Both the position numbers and the translations under genes were made by a program. The notes below the pieces were generated by a model, which was not told the DNA's origin, ran no database searches, and saw only the letters and a program-made list of their open reading frames with translations. Shown here in pieces: positions 1 through 8,989 of a stretch of 64,000 nucleotides of DNA. Position 1 is the stretch's first letter. Every line of letters begins with the position of its first letter. Source of the DNA: a virus; IMG/VR virus record IMGVR_UViG_3300006802_000089, positions 1 through 64,000 of that record. One strand, given 5' to 3'.

Positions 1-398
1 AATGCTGCTCCTTGTGCTCCATATTGCAAAGTGCCATCCAATGTGTTTGATGATCCAAAGTTTTGATTAAGAGCTACAGATGATGTTGCAACAGACATTG
101 CTGTTGGATTCTTGTAAAAGTTTACTGCATACATAGTTGGTGTTCCGTTTGTTGTAGTAGCAGTAGTAAAAAAGTTTTCTACAATTAAAGGATCGGTTTC
201 GTTATGGCCATAAAAAAATATGGCACTTTCTGCAGCATTAGTTAATGTTACTAATGGAGTACCTAAAAAGTATGCATCTCCTTCTTCTGCAGAGTATTGA
301 AATATAGTTTCGTTAATTGAAGAAACTAGCAATCTGTTATCAGAACCTACTCCTGCTTTTGCTCCTTTTCCTTTTCCATCTAAAATTTGAAATCCCAT
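1..398 (-). CDS. Partial (runs off window) virion structural protein, fourth paralog of the ~198-aa tandem family
   Basis: Not in ORF track. Manual translation from ATG at 398: MGFQILDGKGKGAKAGVGSDNRLLVSS...YKNPT...NQNFGSS, sharing DGxG..V...R(L/A), NPT and NxGS motifs with the three neighbouring ORFs. Confidence 0.75.
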   Translation of the reverse strand, partial: MGFQILDGKGKGAKAGVGSDNRLLVSSINETIFQYSAEEGDAYFLGTPLVTLTNAAESAIFFYGHNETDPLIVENFFTTATTTNGTPTMYAVNFYKNPTAMSVATSSVALNQNFGSSNTLDGTLQYGAQGAA

Positions 399-409
399 GT
401 TTTATCCTT

Positions 410-1006
410 TTATACTGTACTTCTTAAATAAACTGCAGCTGCAAATTCCACATCAACACTGGTATTACCCGTACCAGGTGTTATTTCTATTCCAAGTGAT
501 GTTCCTTTAGGCAATACTATTGCACCTACTGAAATAGCAGCTCTGGTTGGCGATTGTGTAAATATACTTTCAACAACTTTTTCTCCATTTGTAAATGTAA
601 GTCCTTCTGCTCCTTTATAGGCATCGGTTGTTAATCCTTGTGATGAACCAAAGTTTCTGTTGACGCCAGGCATTTCCATATCTGTGGCACCACTAATTAT
701 AGTTCCTGTAGTTGGATTTCTTAACACTGTTACTAATACATCTACTCCACTTACGTTTGAGTTTCCAAACAAATAAAATAAAGTAGGTACTACTAAAGGT
801 AAGGATCCATTATTTTTCAAATAAAAAACTGCACTTTTATTTGCTGATGTTAAATTAATAACACCAGTATTAAAATTATAGCTTTCGCCTCTATCTGAAG
901 CTGCATCTACATCTGATTCGGATACAGCAAAAGTTCTTAATCGATTTAATGAATCAACTGCTGCTAAATATCCTGCGCCGGTACCGTCTTCTATTTCAAA
1001 TCCCAT
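410..1006 (-). CDS. Putative virion structural beta-sandwich protein (tandem paralog)
   Basis: 198 aa; DGTG..V...RL, LYLKNN-like, NPT.GT, PKGxS motifs shared with 1018..1617 and 1619..2215. Confidence 0.6.
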   Translation of the reverse strand: MGFEIEDGTGAGYLAAVDSLNRLRTFAVSESDVDAASDRGESYNFNTGVINLTSANKSAVFYLKNNGSLPLVVPTLFYLFGNSNVSGVDVLVTVLRNPTTGTIISGATDMEMPGVNRNFGSSQGLTTDAYKGAEGLTFTNGEKVVESIFTQSPTRAAISVGAIVLPKGTSLGIEITPGTGNTSVDVEFAAAVYLRSTV

Positions 1007-1017
1007 TGTTTATCCTT

Positions 1018-1617
1018 TTATTCTGCTCCTTCAACATCTGATTTAAATACTTGAAACCCGGTATAAATTTCTAAAGGTTCAGCTCCATTTGGTGTATATG
1101 TTACAGCTAATGAAGCACCTTTTGGTATTGCAAGATATACTGTGCCAAATGCTCTTGCTGAAGATCCTTGTGTTTGATATAATACAGGGGTTGGTTGTTG
1201 CCCGGTAATTGTGTAACCATCTCCACCTTTATATATATCAACATCTAATGTTTCGGAGCTACCTAACAATCTATTTTGAGTTTGTACTACACTTGCAGAA
1301 GCAATTAATGTACCTCCGGTTGGATTAACATATACAGCTGTTAATCCTTGTCTAGTTGGTGTACCTGCAGCATTATCTGTTCCAATAAACCATGCAGCTA
1401 CAACTAACGGAGCAGCTTCATTATTTTTTAAATACAATAAAGCACTTTCTCCTGAGCTACTAATTGGCAAGAATTCAGTGTTGATATTAAATGCTCTACC
1501 AGATACAACTGAATGTTCAATTTCTGTTTCATTTGTAGTTCGAGTAAATAATCTACCTTCATCATCTATTCGTGCTGAATAGCCTTTACCGGTTCCGTCT
1601 TGTATTGTTGTTGCCAT
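1018..1617 (-). CDS. Putative virion structural beta-sandwich protein (tandem paralog)
   Basis: 199 aa, same motif set as neighbours. Confidence 0.6.
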   Translation of the reverse strand: MATTIQDGTGKGYSARIDDEGRLFTRTTNETEIEHSVVSGRAFNINTEFLPISSSGESALLYLKNNEAAPLVVAAWFIGTDNAAGTPTRQGLTAVYVNPTGGTLIASASVVQTQNRLLGSSETLDVDIYKGGDGYTITGQQPTPVLYQTQGSSARAFGTVYLAIPKGASLAVTYTPNGAEPLEIYTGFQVFKSDVEGAE

Positions 1618-1618
1618 A

Positions 1619-2215
1619 TTATCCTTGTGTATCGTTATCGTACCACCAATGTGTTACTACTAATGCAGTTGCACTAGTGGTTCCTACGGGTGGGGTTAAT
1701 CTAAATCCTATACTTGTACCTTTAGGTAATCGTCTTCCTAATGGTAATATAATTCGGTCAATTGATTGTTTAATCTTTTGAGGTGCACCTGATCCATCTG
1801 TAAAAGTATCACCTTCAACACCTCTAAAATTATCTCCATTTGGTGTGTTTGCAGATCCGTGATTTGAATTTGAAACACCTGCAGGTACTGCATTATCAAT
1901 AATGGTTCCCGCTGTTGGATTTCTTAATACTTGAAACGTCCAGTCTTGATCAGATGAAGCACTAATAGCAGAACCTAAAATTAATACAGCTCTGTCTAAT
2001 ACAAAATCTCGGGTATCATCATTTTTTGTATATAATACAGCAGAAGCAGTAGGTCCTGTAAAAGTTACAGGGATAGAAGCAATTTGATAGCCATCTCCTG
2101 TTACAATTGCATTATCTTCTTCTGAGATTGTTACTGCTTGAACTAATGCTCGATTTAACCCTGTTACTCTTAATCGGTTTTTAGTTCCTGTTCCGTCTGT
2201 GATGTTTGTACTCAT
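1619..2215 (-). CDS. Putative virion structural beta-sandwich protein (tandem paralog)
   Basis: 198 aa, same motif set as neighbours. Confidence 0.6.
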   Translation of the reverse strand: MSTNITDGTGTKNRLRVTGLNRALVQAVTISEEDNAIVTGDGYQIASIPVTFTGPTASAVLYTKNDDTRDFVLDRAVLILGSAISASSDQDWTFQVLRNPTAGTIIDNAVPAGVSNSNHGSANTPNGDNFRGVEGDTFTDGSGAPQKIKQSIDRIILPLGRRLPKGTSIGFRLTPPVGTTSATALVVTHWWYDNDTQG

Positions 2216-2218
2216 ATA

Positions 2219-2425
2219 TTAATCCAATTCATCGTTTTCAAATATGTTGTCATCTATAGAAAAATCATTTTCATGTGCTTTATACATATTGTGTATGCGA
2301 TTCTGATGTAACACTTTTTTAGTTACAAGCAATTGATCTTCCAATAATATTCGTGTTTCTTCTAACTTCGCAGTTAAAGATTGAACATCGTCTTGATTTC
2401 CATCTAGTGTTATTACTTGTCCCAT
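2219..2425 (-). CDS. Small coiled-coil hypothetical protein
   Basis: 68 aa ORF filling the operon gap, ATATTTATA motif 6 nt upstream. Confidence 0.6.
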   Translation of the reverse strand: MGQVITLDGNQDDVQSLTAKLEETRILLEDQLLVTKKVLHQNRIHNMYKAHENDFSIDDNIFENDELD

Positions 2426-2448
2426 ATCTTATATAAATATGTTTGTTA

Positions 2449-2790
2449 TTATCTTTTCGCTAATAAATAAATAGACATTGTACCTTTTGTTGAAGTTACA
2501 AATACTACTCTTAAATATTTTGACATCCAATTCATTTGTTGTAAAGTGATATTACAATTAGAAGAAGTTAATGAAATATCTCCATTTTCTACATTATCCC
2601 AATTTGTACCATCTAAGCTTTGTTGAAGTTGTACTTCTGCAGTTCCTCCAAACCCAGTACAAGTAAACTGCACGGAAAATTTATTATAATCTGAAATATC
2701 AGAAGAAGTAAATGTACCCGATCCTGCTGATAAATCAAAGCTGGATGCTAAAGTTTCTTCAAATGCTAATAATTCTGGTATATATGCCAT
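2449..2790 (-). CDS. Small beta-sandwich structural protein
   Basis: 113 aa; VQLQQSLDGTNW and YLRV strands typical of small jelly-roll virion proteins. Confidence 0.5.
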   Translation of the reverse strand: MAYIPELLAFEETLASSFDLSAGSGTFTSSDISDYNKFSVQFTCTGFGGTAEVQLQQSLDGTNWDNVENGDISLTSSNCNITLQQMNWMSKYLRVVFVTSTKGTMSIYLLAKR

Positions 2791-2811
2791 AATGCTTCTT
2801 ATTAATAAATA

Positions 2812-3321
2812 TTACTCAATGTACCAATTTGATACTCCGTCATTGTACAATCCGATTGCCATATAATTTCTGTTCATAATAGCTGTTGCATCTCCGTCGA
2901 TTAAATCACTGCCTGATGCTATGATTGTAATGTTGTTAAGTGCCGCATTGCCTTCTTCATCTTTGAATCGTAAATCTCGTTCGCCTACATCAGATATTTT
3001 AGGTAATAACAATTGCACACTTCCGGTGTCTGTGTATCGAACTGCTAATCTGTAATCAGAATCCAATACACTTGCAGTAGCAGCAGTTATTCTTCTGGTA
3101 AATGTTGTTATTGATGCATCATATATTAATGACCCGGTAATTATTAAATCTCCACCGACATTTACATTGCCAGTAACATCTAAATAATCAAAAGAACCAG
3201 TACGTCCAAATATATCCGCACTCGAACTTATATCTCCACTTGCAGTAAGTGTAGTAGTTATATTTAATGAATTTAATGCAGCATCTGAACCGGATACTAC
3301 AACCTTTTTCCAATTGGGCAT
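2812..3321 (-). CDS. Short tail-fibre-like protein
   Basis: N-terminus MPNWKKVVVSGSDAALN paralogous to 3784..4500; C-terminal module LP...KDEEGNA..NNITI..SGSDLIDG...YNDGVSNW resembles fibre repeat modules. Confidence 0.6.
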   Translation of the reverse strand: MPNWKKVVVSGSDAALNSLNITTTLTASGDISSSADIFGRTGSFDYLDVTGNVNVGGDLIITGSLIYDASITTFTRRITAATASVLDSDYRLAVRYTDTGSVQLLLPKISDVGERDLRFKDEEGNAALNNITIIASGSDLIDGDATAIMNRNYMAIGLYNDGVSNWYIE

Positions 3322-3337
3322 AATTATATTCTTTTAA

Positions 3338-3399
3338 TATTGTGGTTAGATACATACACTTATGCCGTGTATATGCCTACTTCCTTGCGGCCAACAATA
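3338..3399 (-). ncRNA. Candidate structured 5'-UTR RNA (three-way junction)
   Basis: Minus strand: UAUUGUUGG/CCACAAUA closing stem, CC-GCAA-GG GNRA hairpin, GCAUAUACAC/GUGUGUAUGU stem; lies between the late motif (3410-3418) and the ATG at 3321. Confidence 0.5.
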
Positions 3400-3419
3400 A
3401 TCAATTTAATATAAATATG

Positions 3420-3569
3420 TTATTTTTTAGTTTTGGGCGGATTAGTTTTTTCTTGAATATCCGATTCTATTTTGGTTTGTAGTTGTGCTAAAAACTTGGC
3501 ATCGGCGCCTTTAATAGTTATAGAATCTAATGCAGCTCTAATTAATTGCAATTCTGATAATTCGTACAT
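3420..3569 (-). CDS. Small hypothetical protein (49 aa), possible fibre chaperone
   Basis: Not in track; MYELSELQLIRAALDSITIKGADAKFLAQLQTKIE...; weakly similar to the upstream ORF (TFQGKD vs TIKGAD). Confidence 0.55.
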   Translation of the reverse strand: MYELSELQLIRAALDSITIKGADAKFLAQLQTKIESDIQEKTNPPKTKK

Positions 3570-3575
3570 GATTTA

Positions 3576-3764
3576 TTATTTTTGGTATTGTTGTTGTAAC
3601 TTGTATACTATTCCGTAAACTGCTTCTATATCTTTGCCTTGAAACGTGGTATCTCTTACTAGTTTCAGAATATATGCAATTTCTTGTTGTGATAATTGTA
3701 TAGAATCTGCCATAACCGTTTGTTCAGTAACTTGTTTTGTTTGAATATTATCTCGTAACCCCAT
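3576..3764 (-). CDS. Small hypothetical protein (62 aa; start revised to ATG 3764), possible fibre chaperone
   Basis: The track's start at 3812 overlaps the upstream gene; ATG 3764 follows a TTGGAT-N17-TATAAT promoter. Confidence 0.6.
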   Translation of the reverse strand: MGLRDNIQTKQVTEQTVMADSIQLSQQEIAYILKLVRDTTFQGKDIEAVYGIVYKLQQQYQK

Positions 3765-3770
3765 AACTAT

Positions 3771-3799
3771 ATTATATAATTTTTTAAGCGTAAATCCAA
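3771..3799 (-). promoter_or_regulatory. Class II (sigma70-like) promoter TTGGAT-N17-TATAAT
   Basis: Exact boxes; same pattern recurs upstream of several non-structural genes. Confidence 0.6.
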
Positions 3800-4500
3800 A
3801 TTTCGCCGTCATCTGTATCTATGTGTATTGTACCAAAACCTGCGGAAGCTCCACCATATATCGGTGCTGCAGAAGCTGCTGTCTGTCCTGTTCCTGTTTG
3901 TACTGCTCCTACATACACATCTGGTGTGAACGTTGAACTGCCGGCATCAAATGAAGAAGTGAATCCCCATCTGTTAACAGAATTTTCATATGCAAATGCT
4001 TTACCTATGTTTTGAGTGTCTTGTTGCACAACAATACCACCATCACCTGCAGTAGTTGATCCAGATGCAAACAACACAAAACGGTCTGCTACAAGTAGGT
4101 TTTCAGAATTAGCAAAAGATGCGGTACCATTTACAGTTATATCTCCTTGGAAAACAGCATCATTAGTAACAGTAACAAGTGATCCGTTATCAGTAATACT
4201 TGTGTCAGCAAATGCATCGCCAGTCCATTTTGTTACGGTATTGGTTGTTAACGCAGCTGCTCCAGATACTGCTACTGTTGCAGTAGTGCTACCATCATAT
4301 GTAAATGAAGTTATACCTGTGCTATGCGTTAAATCTGGTAAATCTGCAGTACCTACTAAATTACCTTGGAATGATCCAGAAAATGAACCACTTAAACGAG
4401 TATCAGCAACTACACCTGATATTACCTGATTGGTATTAACTTCTAATGTGTTTAGTATCGCGTCTGATCCGGATACTATGACCTTTTTCCATTCTGCCAT
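3784..4500 (-). CDS. Tail fibre / fibre-attachment protein
   Basis: WKKVIVSGSDA N-terminus, SGSFSGSF repeat, GDITVNGT and DGGIVV fibre-like strands. Confidence 0.6.
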   Translation of the reverse strand: MAEWKKVIVSGSDAILNTLEVNTNQVISGVVADTRLSGSFSGSFQGNLVGTADLPDLTHSTGITSFTYDGSTTATVAVSGAAALTTNTVTKWTGDAFADTSITDNGSLVTVTNDAVFQGDITVNGTASFANSENLLVADRFVLFASGSTTAGDGGIVVQQDTQNIGKAFAYENSVNRWGFTSSFDAGSSTFTPDVYVGAVQTGTGQTAASAAPIYGGASAGFGTIHIDTDDGEIWIYA

Positions 4501-4534
4501 TTTTTCTTATTCTTTTTTATATAAATATATGCTA

Positions 4535-4951
4535 TTAGTCTAATCCTACAAAAAACGAAGTAGAAGTAAAATATATTCCTCCGTTTGGTGCTGCGCCTGT
4601 TAATTCTGTGCTAGATGTAGCTACAGTTATTACTCCGCTTTGACTAACAGTTAATATGTTGTTGTCTGATAAATTTTTTATTAAAAATACATCTGGTGCA
4701 TTGTTTTGTATGGTTACTGCTCCTGATGAACTAATTTTAAATAATTCAATACTAGCGCTAGATATTAAAAATATGTCTTGTGCGTCTTCTACACTTGCAG
4801 TTACCGAAGCAAATGATATTCTGGTTGCATCTGTGCCAATACCTGTTAATCCGGAACCGTCCCCGGTAAAACTTCCGGTAAAAGAACCAGTTATTGAATA
4901 TGATCCGGTTGGAAGCTGTTTTATATTAAAACGTCTTGACATTATGCCCAC
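4535..4951 (-). CDS. Tail-associated structural protein
   Basis: ITGSFTGSFTGDGSGLTGI fibre motif and internal repeat (DIFLI/DVFLI). Confidence 0.55.
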   Translation of the reverse strand: MGIMSRRFNIKQLPTGSYSITGSFTGSFTGDGSGLTGIGTDATRISFASVTASVEDAQDIFLISSASIELFKISSSGAVTIQNNAPDVFLIKNLSDNNILTVSQSGVITVATSSTELTGAAPNGGIYFTSTSFFVGLD

Positions 4952-6165
4952 CTTCCGTTAACTACGATGATAAAACTTGGATCCAATGTGAAACCTAATA
5001 TGTTTGTATCGAAAACTATAGTTTGAGGAGCAAAGTCTGTGGGTGTCCATGTGTATGCAGATTTATCTATATATTGACCGTTCAAATAAACATCAAATTC
5101 ATTTTTGGTTGCAGTAGTAGTAAGAGCCGGGTTAACGCCGGCTGCGGCAGGCACTGTTACTGTTGTAGTGCTTGTTACTGTTGCGTATTGATCTGTCAAG
5201 TTGGTTAAATAGTTTAATGTGTCTGCATTGATAGGTGTAGATGATCCGCCTCCAGATGCTATTACAGTGCCTCCGGAAAATATTTGTTGAGAAACTGCAA
5301 GTATAGAAGCCGGTACTGTGGTACTTTCAAACAATCCGCTACCTACATCTATAACTGTATCAAATCTAACCTTTTTAACTGAATACATTTTTTTCAAAGT
5401 GCTTCGACGAAATTCCTGTCCGTTTAACAGGGTGCCGTCAACTGTTATTGGCAGTGTAGCTCTGACTAATCTGTCTTCTCCTACTGTATTAACAGTTTCA
5501 TAATTAATACTGCCGTAATATGTTACAAAACGATTTTCTTCATTACCCCATGACATACGAGCATATGACATGAATTGATCTGTTAATTCGTTTATTTGTG
5601 TGGTAAAATCACACCACATCATTAAATCGTAGCTTACTGTTATGTATCTAGGAATATCAATAACTAGAAATTCTTGTGAATTCGCCGGCTCTGTTAATGG
5701 CATTGGCCATAATTGATCTTCGTACCTGTTTCTTTTGTTATATCGATTTCGATATACTCTTTTGTTGCCGGCAGCTTCTCTGTTTTGATCTAGATGTTTT
5801 AATGATTCTCTTTCTTGTACAGTTCCTCGTTTAATCATGATGAGTGGAGATTGAAGCATTCCTTTTTCATCACGTATGTATCCTAAACGTTGCACATTAT
5901 CCCATTTTTCGCCGTTCGCAAATATAACCGGGACATTTACAAGTTCTTTTTGAAACTTAATTTGCGGCCGAATCTCGTTGTCTATAAACCATTTTATTGC
6001 ATAATCAATATCATATATTGTTCGTTTAGGTGTACGAAATATATCATCATCTCGTCTCACTTGATCAGCTCTGTTTAAAATCTGATCAGGTCCTATTCCT
6101 TCAGTACGTATAGGAGATGGTTTATTAGTTTTACGATCGATATTTTGTCTGTTATATCTTGGCAT
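4942..6165 (-). CDS. Tail terminator / sheath stabiliser (T4 gp15-like) with C-terminal extension
   Basis: VPVIFA.GEKW, PLIMI, P.YITVSYDL, Q.NEL..Q motifs; follows neck genes in gp13-14-15 order. Confidence 0.6.
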   Translation of the reverse strand: MPRYNRQNIDRKTNKPSPIRTEGIGPDQILNRADQVRRDDDIFRTPKRTIYDIDYAIKWFIDNEIRPQIKFQKELVNVPVIFANGEKWDNVQRLGYIRDEKGMLQSPLIMIKRGTVQERESLKHLDQNREAAGNKRVYRNRYNKRNRYEDQLWPMPLTEPANSQEFLVIDIPRYITVSYDLMMWCDFTTQINELTDQFMSYARMSWGNEENRFVTYYGSINYETVNTVGEDRLVRATLPITVDGTLLNGQEFRRSTLKKMYSVKKVRFDTVIDVGSGLFESTTVPASILAVSQQIFSGGTVIASGGGSSTPINADTLNYLTNLTDQYATVTSTTTVTVPAAAGVNPALTTTATKNEFDVYLNGQYIDKSAYTWTPTDFAPQTIVFDTNILGFTLDPSFIIVVNGRWA

Positions 6166-6686
6166 TAATGTCCTTTATGTGCATATTTTTTGCCGTCACT
6201 TCCAAATCTTAAATTTCGTATTCCAATTGGCACTTGACGAGTTGCATGTGCATCAACTACTATAGAAACACTATATCCATGACTGCTACCGTTTGGCCAT
6301 GTCTCTGGATTCTTACCAGCAAAATACTGATTAGCATCTACATTGTCTAGTTCATAGTATTCGTTATCCCAGAAAATTACATCTCCGACTTCTGGATATA
6401 TATCAGCTCGAACTAATATATCTCTGGATATTGCAAACTGTGCCGTTCTGGTATAAGTATGTCCGTAATCGTCTTGAGATGCAGATTTACCTTCTTTAGT
6501 AATTAAACAAGGTAATAATATAGAATCATAAAAAGTTTTATTTTCAGATTCTCCGTACAAGTTGGATTCGCTTTGTTCAATGTTTAATTTATAAATTTCT
6601 ATTTCAGTGTCAATTACCGCATTCAATAATTCTGCGTTTATTGAAGCTAGAAACTTAGCATCACGATGTCCACCAAATAGAGCCAT
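6165..6686 (-). CDS. Neck / head-closure protein (T4 gp14-like)
   Basis: NLYGES, PEVGDVIFW..YYEL motifs; synteny. Confidence 0.65.
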   Translation of the reverse strand: MALFGGHRDAKFLASINAELLNAVIDTEIEIYKLNIEQSESNLYGESENKTFYDSILLPCLITKEGKSASQDDYGHTYTRTAQFAISRDILVRADIYPEVGDVIFWDNEYYELDNVDANQYFAGKNPETWPNGSSHGYSVSIVVDAHATRQVPIGIRNLRFGSDGKKYAHKGH

Positions 6687-6691
6687 ATGTT

Positions 6692-7915
6692 TTAACCAAT
6701 ATAAATTTTAACAGGTACTTTGCTTAATACTTCGAACATTGCATCATTTTCTGCTTTTTGTCTTTCAAGCATTGCCTGTTTAGTCATTTTATCTAAAAAT
6801 TCTCTTAGTTGTGAGATAAGTGCTTCTTTTTCAGAAGATGCTTGTGATAAAAGATCTGCGGCATTCAATTGAACTTCTGCATTAGGTATAGGTATTGATG
6901 AATATTTTCCTCGAATATTACCTAATATTTCTTTAGCAAGTGCCGCACCATATCTAAATATCCACGTACGCCCCATATCATTAATGTTACTGTATGTTTG
7001 ATAAGTATATGGTATATTTGATGCGTCACTTATAGAGCCGGCATTTGGGGCTGTATTGCCGAATAAAAGAGCATCTTTCACTTTTTCTTCTTCAAACAAG
7101 AATTCAAACCAAACTTTATCAAAATAAGGAGTAGCCTGAGTTCCTTGTGTTCCTGGAACTGGATATAATTTTAAATCGTCTCCGTGTATTTCAAAAGAAA
7201 AATGTGACTTTCTGATTCTGTCGTTGAATTCTATAGTTTGTATTCTAAGCAAATCCTGATGAATAGGCATCATCATGAAGTTAACACTTGGAGAAAATCC
7301 TCCAAAGTCAAACGCATCTAGTAAGCCTTGAGAACCTAATCCAGTTCCTACAAAAGGATCAAAATATCTGATTATAGCAGGAGGCACCGTGTGAAGAACT
7401 CTTTTTATTTCAATTGAACTTGTGTTTGAAAGAGTGATACCTAAACTTCGTTCTACTGTTTCTCGTATGCTATATGTTTGTTTTCCATCTACTACGTCTA
7501 TAGAAGCAGTATGCCATCTAACATTACCTCCAGAATCTGCTTCGGTTCCATATGCTTTTGAAAGTTTTGTTATGTATTGAAGCGACGTACCAACAACTTG
7601 ATTGGTTAATGATCCGCTCAATAAAAAATTAGATCCGGTAGGTACTCCTAATGTGTTTAGTAAATTATTAACAATGTTAATTTGATTGACTTGATTTGAA
7701 TATTCCATTACTGCTTGTTCGAAAGCTGTGTAAAAATTCAAATCAATCATTTCAACATCCATCGTAGGATATCCTACTGATTGTGCTGCAAAATCTGCAA
7801 ATCGATCTGCATGCTGTTGAAATAATGAGTCATTATCGAAAAAACCAAATGGAGTGTCACCTGGCGAAAATGATGATGATCCTGGCCATATTGGTTTATC
7901 TACACTGTAATCCAT
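6692..7915 (-). CDS. Neck / adaptor protein (T4 gp13-like)
   Basis: GYPTMDVEM, WIFRY..ALAKEILG.IRGKY, LN..DLL..A..EK motifs. Confidence 0.75.
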   Translation of the reverse strand: MDYSVDKPIWPGSSSFSPGDTPFGFFDNDSLFQQHADRFADFAAQSVGYPTMDVEMIDLNFYTAFEQAVMEYSNQVNQINIVNNLLNTLGVPTGSNFLLSGSLTNQVVGTSLQYITKLSKAYGTEADSGGNVRWHTASIDVVDGKQTYSIRETVERSLGITLSNTSSIEIKRVLHTVPPAIIRYFDPFVGTGLGSQGLLDAFDFGGFSPSVNFMMMPIHQDLLRIQTIEFNDRIRKSHFSFEIHGDDLKLYPVPGTQGTQATPYFDKVWFEFLFEEEKVKDALLFGNTAPNAGSISDASNIPYTYQTYSNINDMGRTWIFRYGAALAKEILGNIRGKYSSIPIPNAEVQLNAADLLSQASSEKEALISQLREFLDKMTKQAMLERQKAENDAMFEVLSKVPVKIYIG

Positions 7916-7938
7916 CAGTTCCCTTTTTTATATAAATA

Positions 7939-8604
7939 TTAGTAACCTTGAGATAATAGCCGTAGAATTTCATCTAATGATTCATGTCGATGATTATCTT
8001 TAAGAATTATTTCTGCAACATACTTGGATTCTTTTATTTTCGGCACTTCATGAACTGCTGAATCGTTGTGAAATTTTAAATCAATTTGATGTCGGTCGCC
8101 ACACAATATCATGATGCTTCGTTTACCTAATCTGGACAATACCATTTGAAGCTGTTGTTTGGTTAAATTTTGAAATTCATCTACTATGCATACTGCATCA
8201 TCAAACGTTCGGCCTCGGAAATGTGTTAATGAAACTAGTTCTATGTTTTCATTTTGTTCCATTTTTTCTAGCAGATCCGGTTTATTATAAACTTTGCGCA
8301 TGTTGCTACGTATTGGCACAAGCCATGGTTCCATTTTTTCATGTTCTGAACCTGGTAAGAATCCGTTATCTTCTGTAGATATAGTTGGACGTGTAATAAT
8401 AATTTTGTTAACTTCTCGTTTAAAAAACATATCAAGTGCTGTTTGAACTGCTAACAATGTTTTACCAGAACCTGCTTTGCCTAATATGAAATTAAACGGA
8501 TGTTGCAATATCAATGATTTTGCTTGTTTTTGCTCTTCCGAAAGTGTTAAATTGAATTTTACAGGGTTTTTGGGAGCTATCTTTTCTTTGTTTGTTACTG
8601 CCAT
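7939..8604 (-). CDS. phoH: PhoH-family ATPase
   Basis: GKAGSGKT Walker A, ITRP, GFLPG...EKMEPW, RGRTF, DEFQN, RLG, GD..QID, RH motifs. Confidence 0.92.
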   Translation of the reverse strand: MAVTNKEKIAPKNPVKFNLTLSEEQKQAKSLILQHPFNFILGKAGSGKTLLAVQTALDMFFKREVNKIIITRPTISTEDNGFLPGSEHEKMEPWLVPIRSNMRKVYNKPDLLEKMEQNENIELVSLTHFRGRTFDDAVCIVDEFQNLTKQQLQMVLSRLGKRSIMILCGDRHQIDLKFHNDSAVHEVPKIKESKYVAEIILKDNHRHESLDEILRLLSQGY

Positions 8605-8605
8605 G

Positions 8606-8881
8606 TTATGATAGTTTAGTAAGAGTTGATTCTAATAACTGCATTTCTCTTAATGTTTCAATTTTTCCAACACTCAATCTTTTTACTATTTTAAAAGATT
8701 CGCGCGGAGGATATGCTGTCATTATTTTTAGTGTAACTAGTTCCAAGTCGTCTCCGAGATCTTGTTCTATATGAACCATCACAACCATTCTGATCGCTCG
8801 TATACGATCTAAAACATCTACTAGTTTTCCGTTATAACGAATTCTGCATTGCATTGAATATTTATGTCTCGCTGCTGCCAT
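8606..8881 (-). CDS. Hypothetical protein
   Basis: 91-aa ORF directly after a late motif, packed against phoH. Confidence 0.55.
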   Translation of the reverse strand: MAAARHKYSMQCRIRYNGKLVDVLDRIRAIRMVVMVHIEQDLGDDLELVTLKIMTAYPPRESFKIVKRLSVGKIETLREMQLLESTLTKLS

Positions 8882-8912
8882 ATATATCTTTTAATATAAA
8901 TATCTAAACAGT

Positions 8913-8942
8913 AAGAAAGGGTGACCGAAGCCACCCTATCTT
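8913..8942 (-). terminator. Intrinsic terminator after major capsid gene, cUUCGg tetraloop
   Basis: Minus strand AAGAUAGGGUGGC-UUCG-GUCACCCUUUCUU. Confidence 0.85.
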
Positions 8943-8989
8943 TTCAATCTTTAATTTGTTAAATCGTTAACTAACTAATCAATTAACTA

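Noticed and set aside
3338-3399. Hammerhead ribozyme or tRNA interpretation of the three-way junction
   Set aside because: No CUGAnGA/GAAA core and no cloverleaf or TTCGA arm
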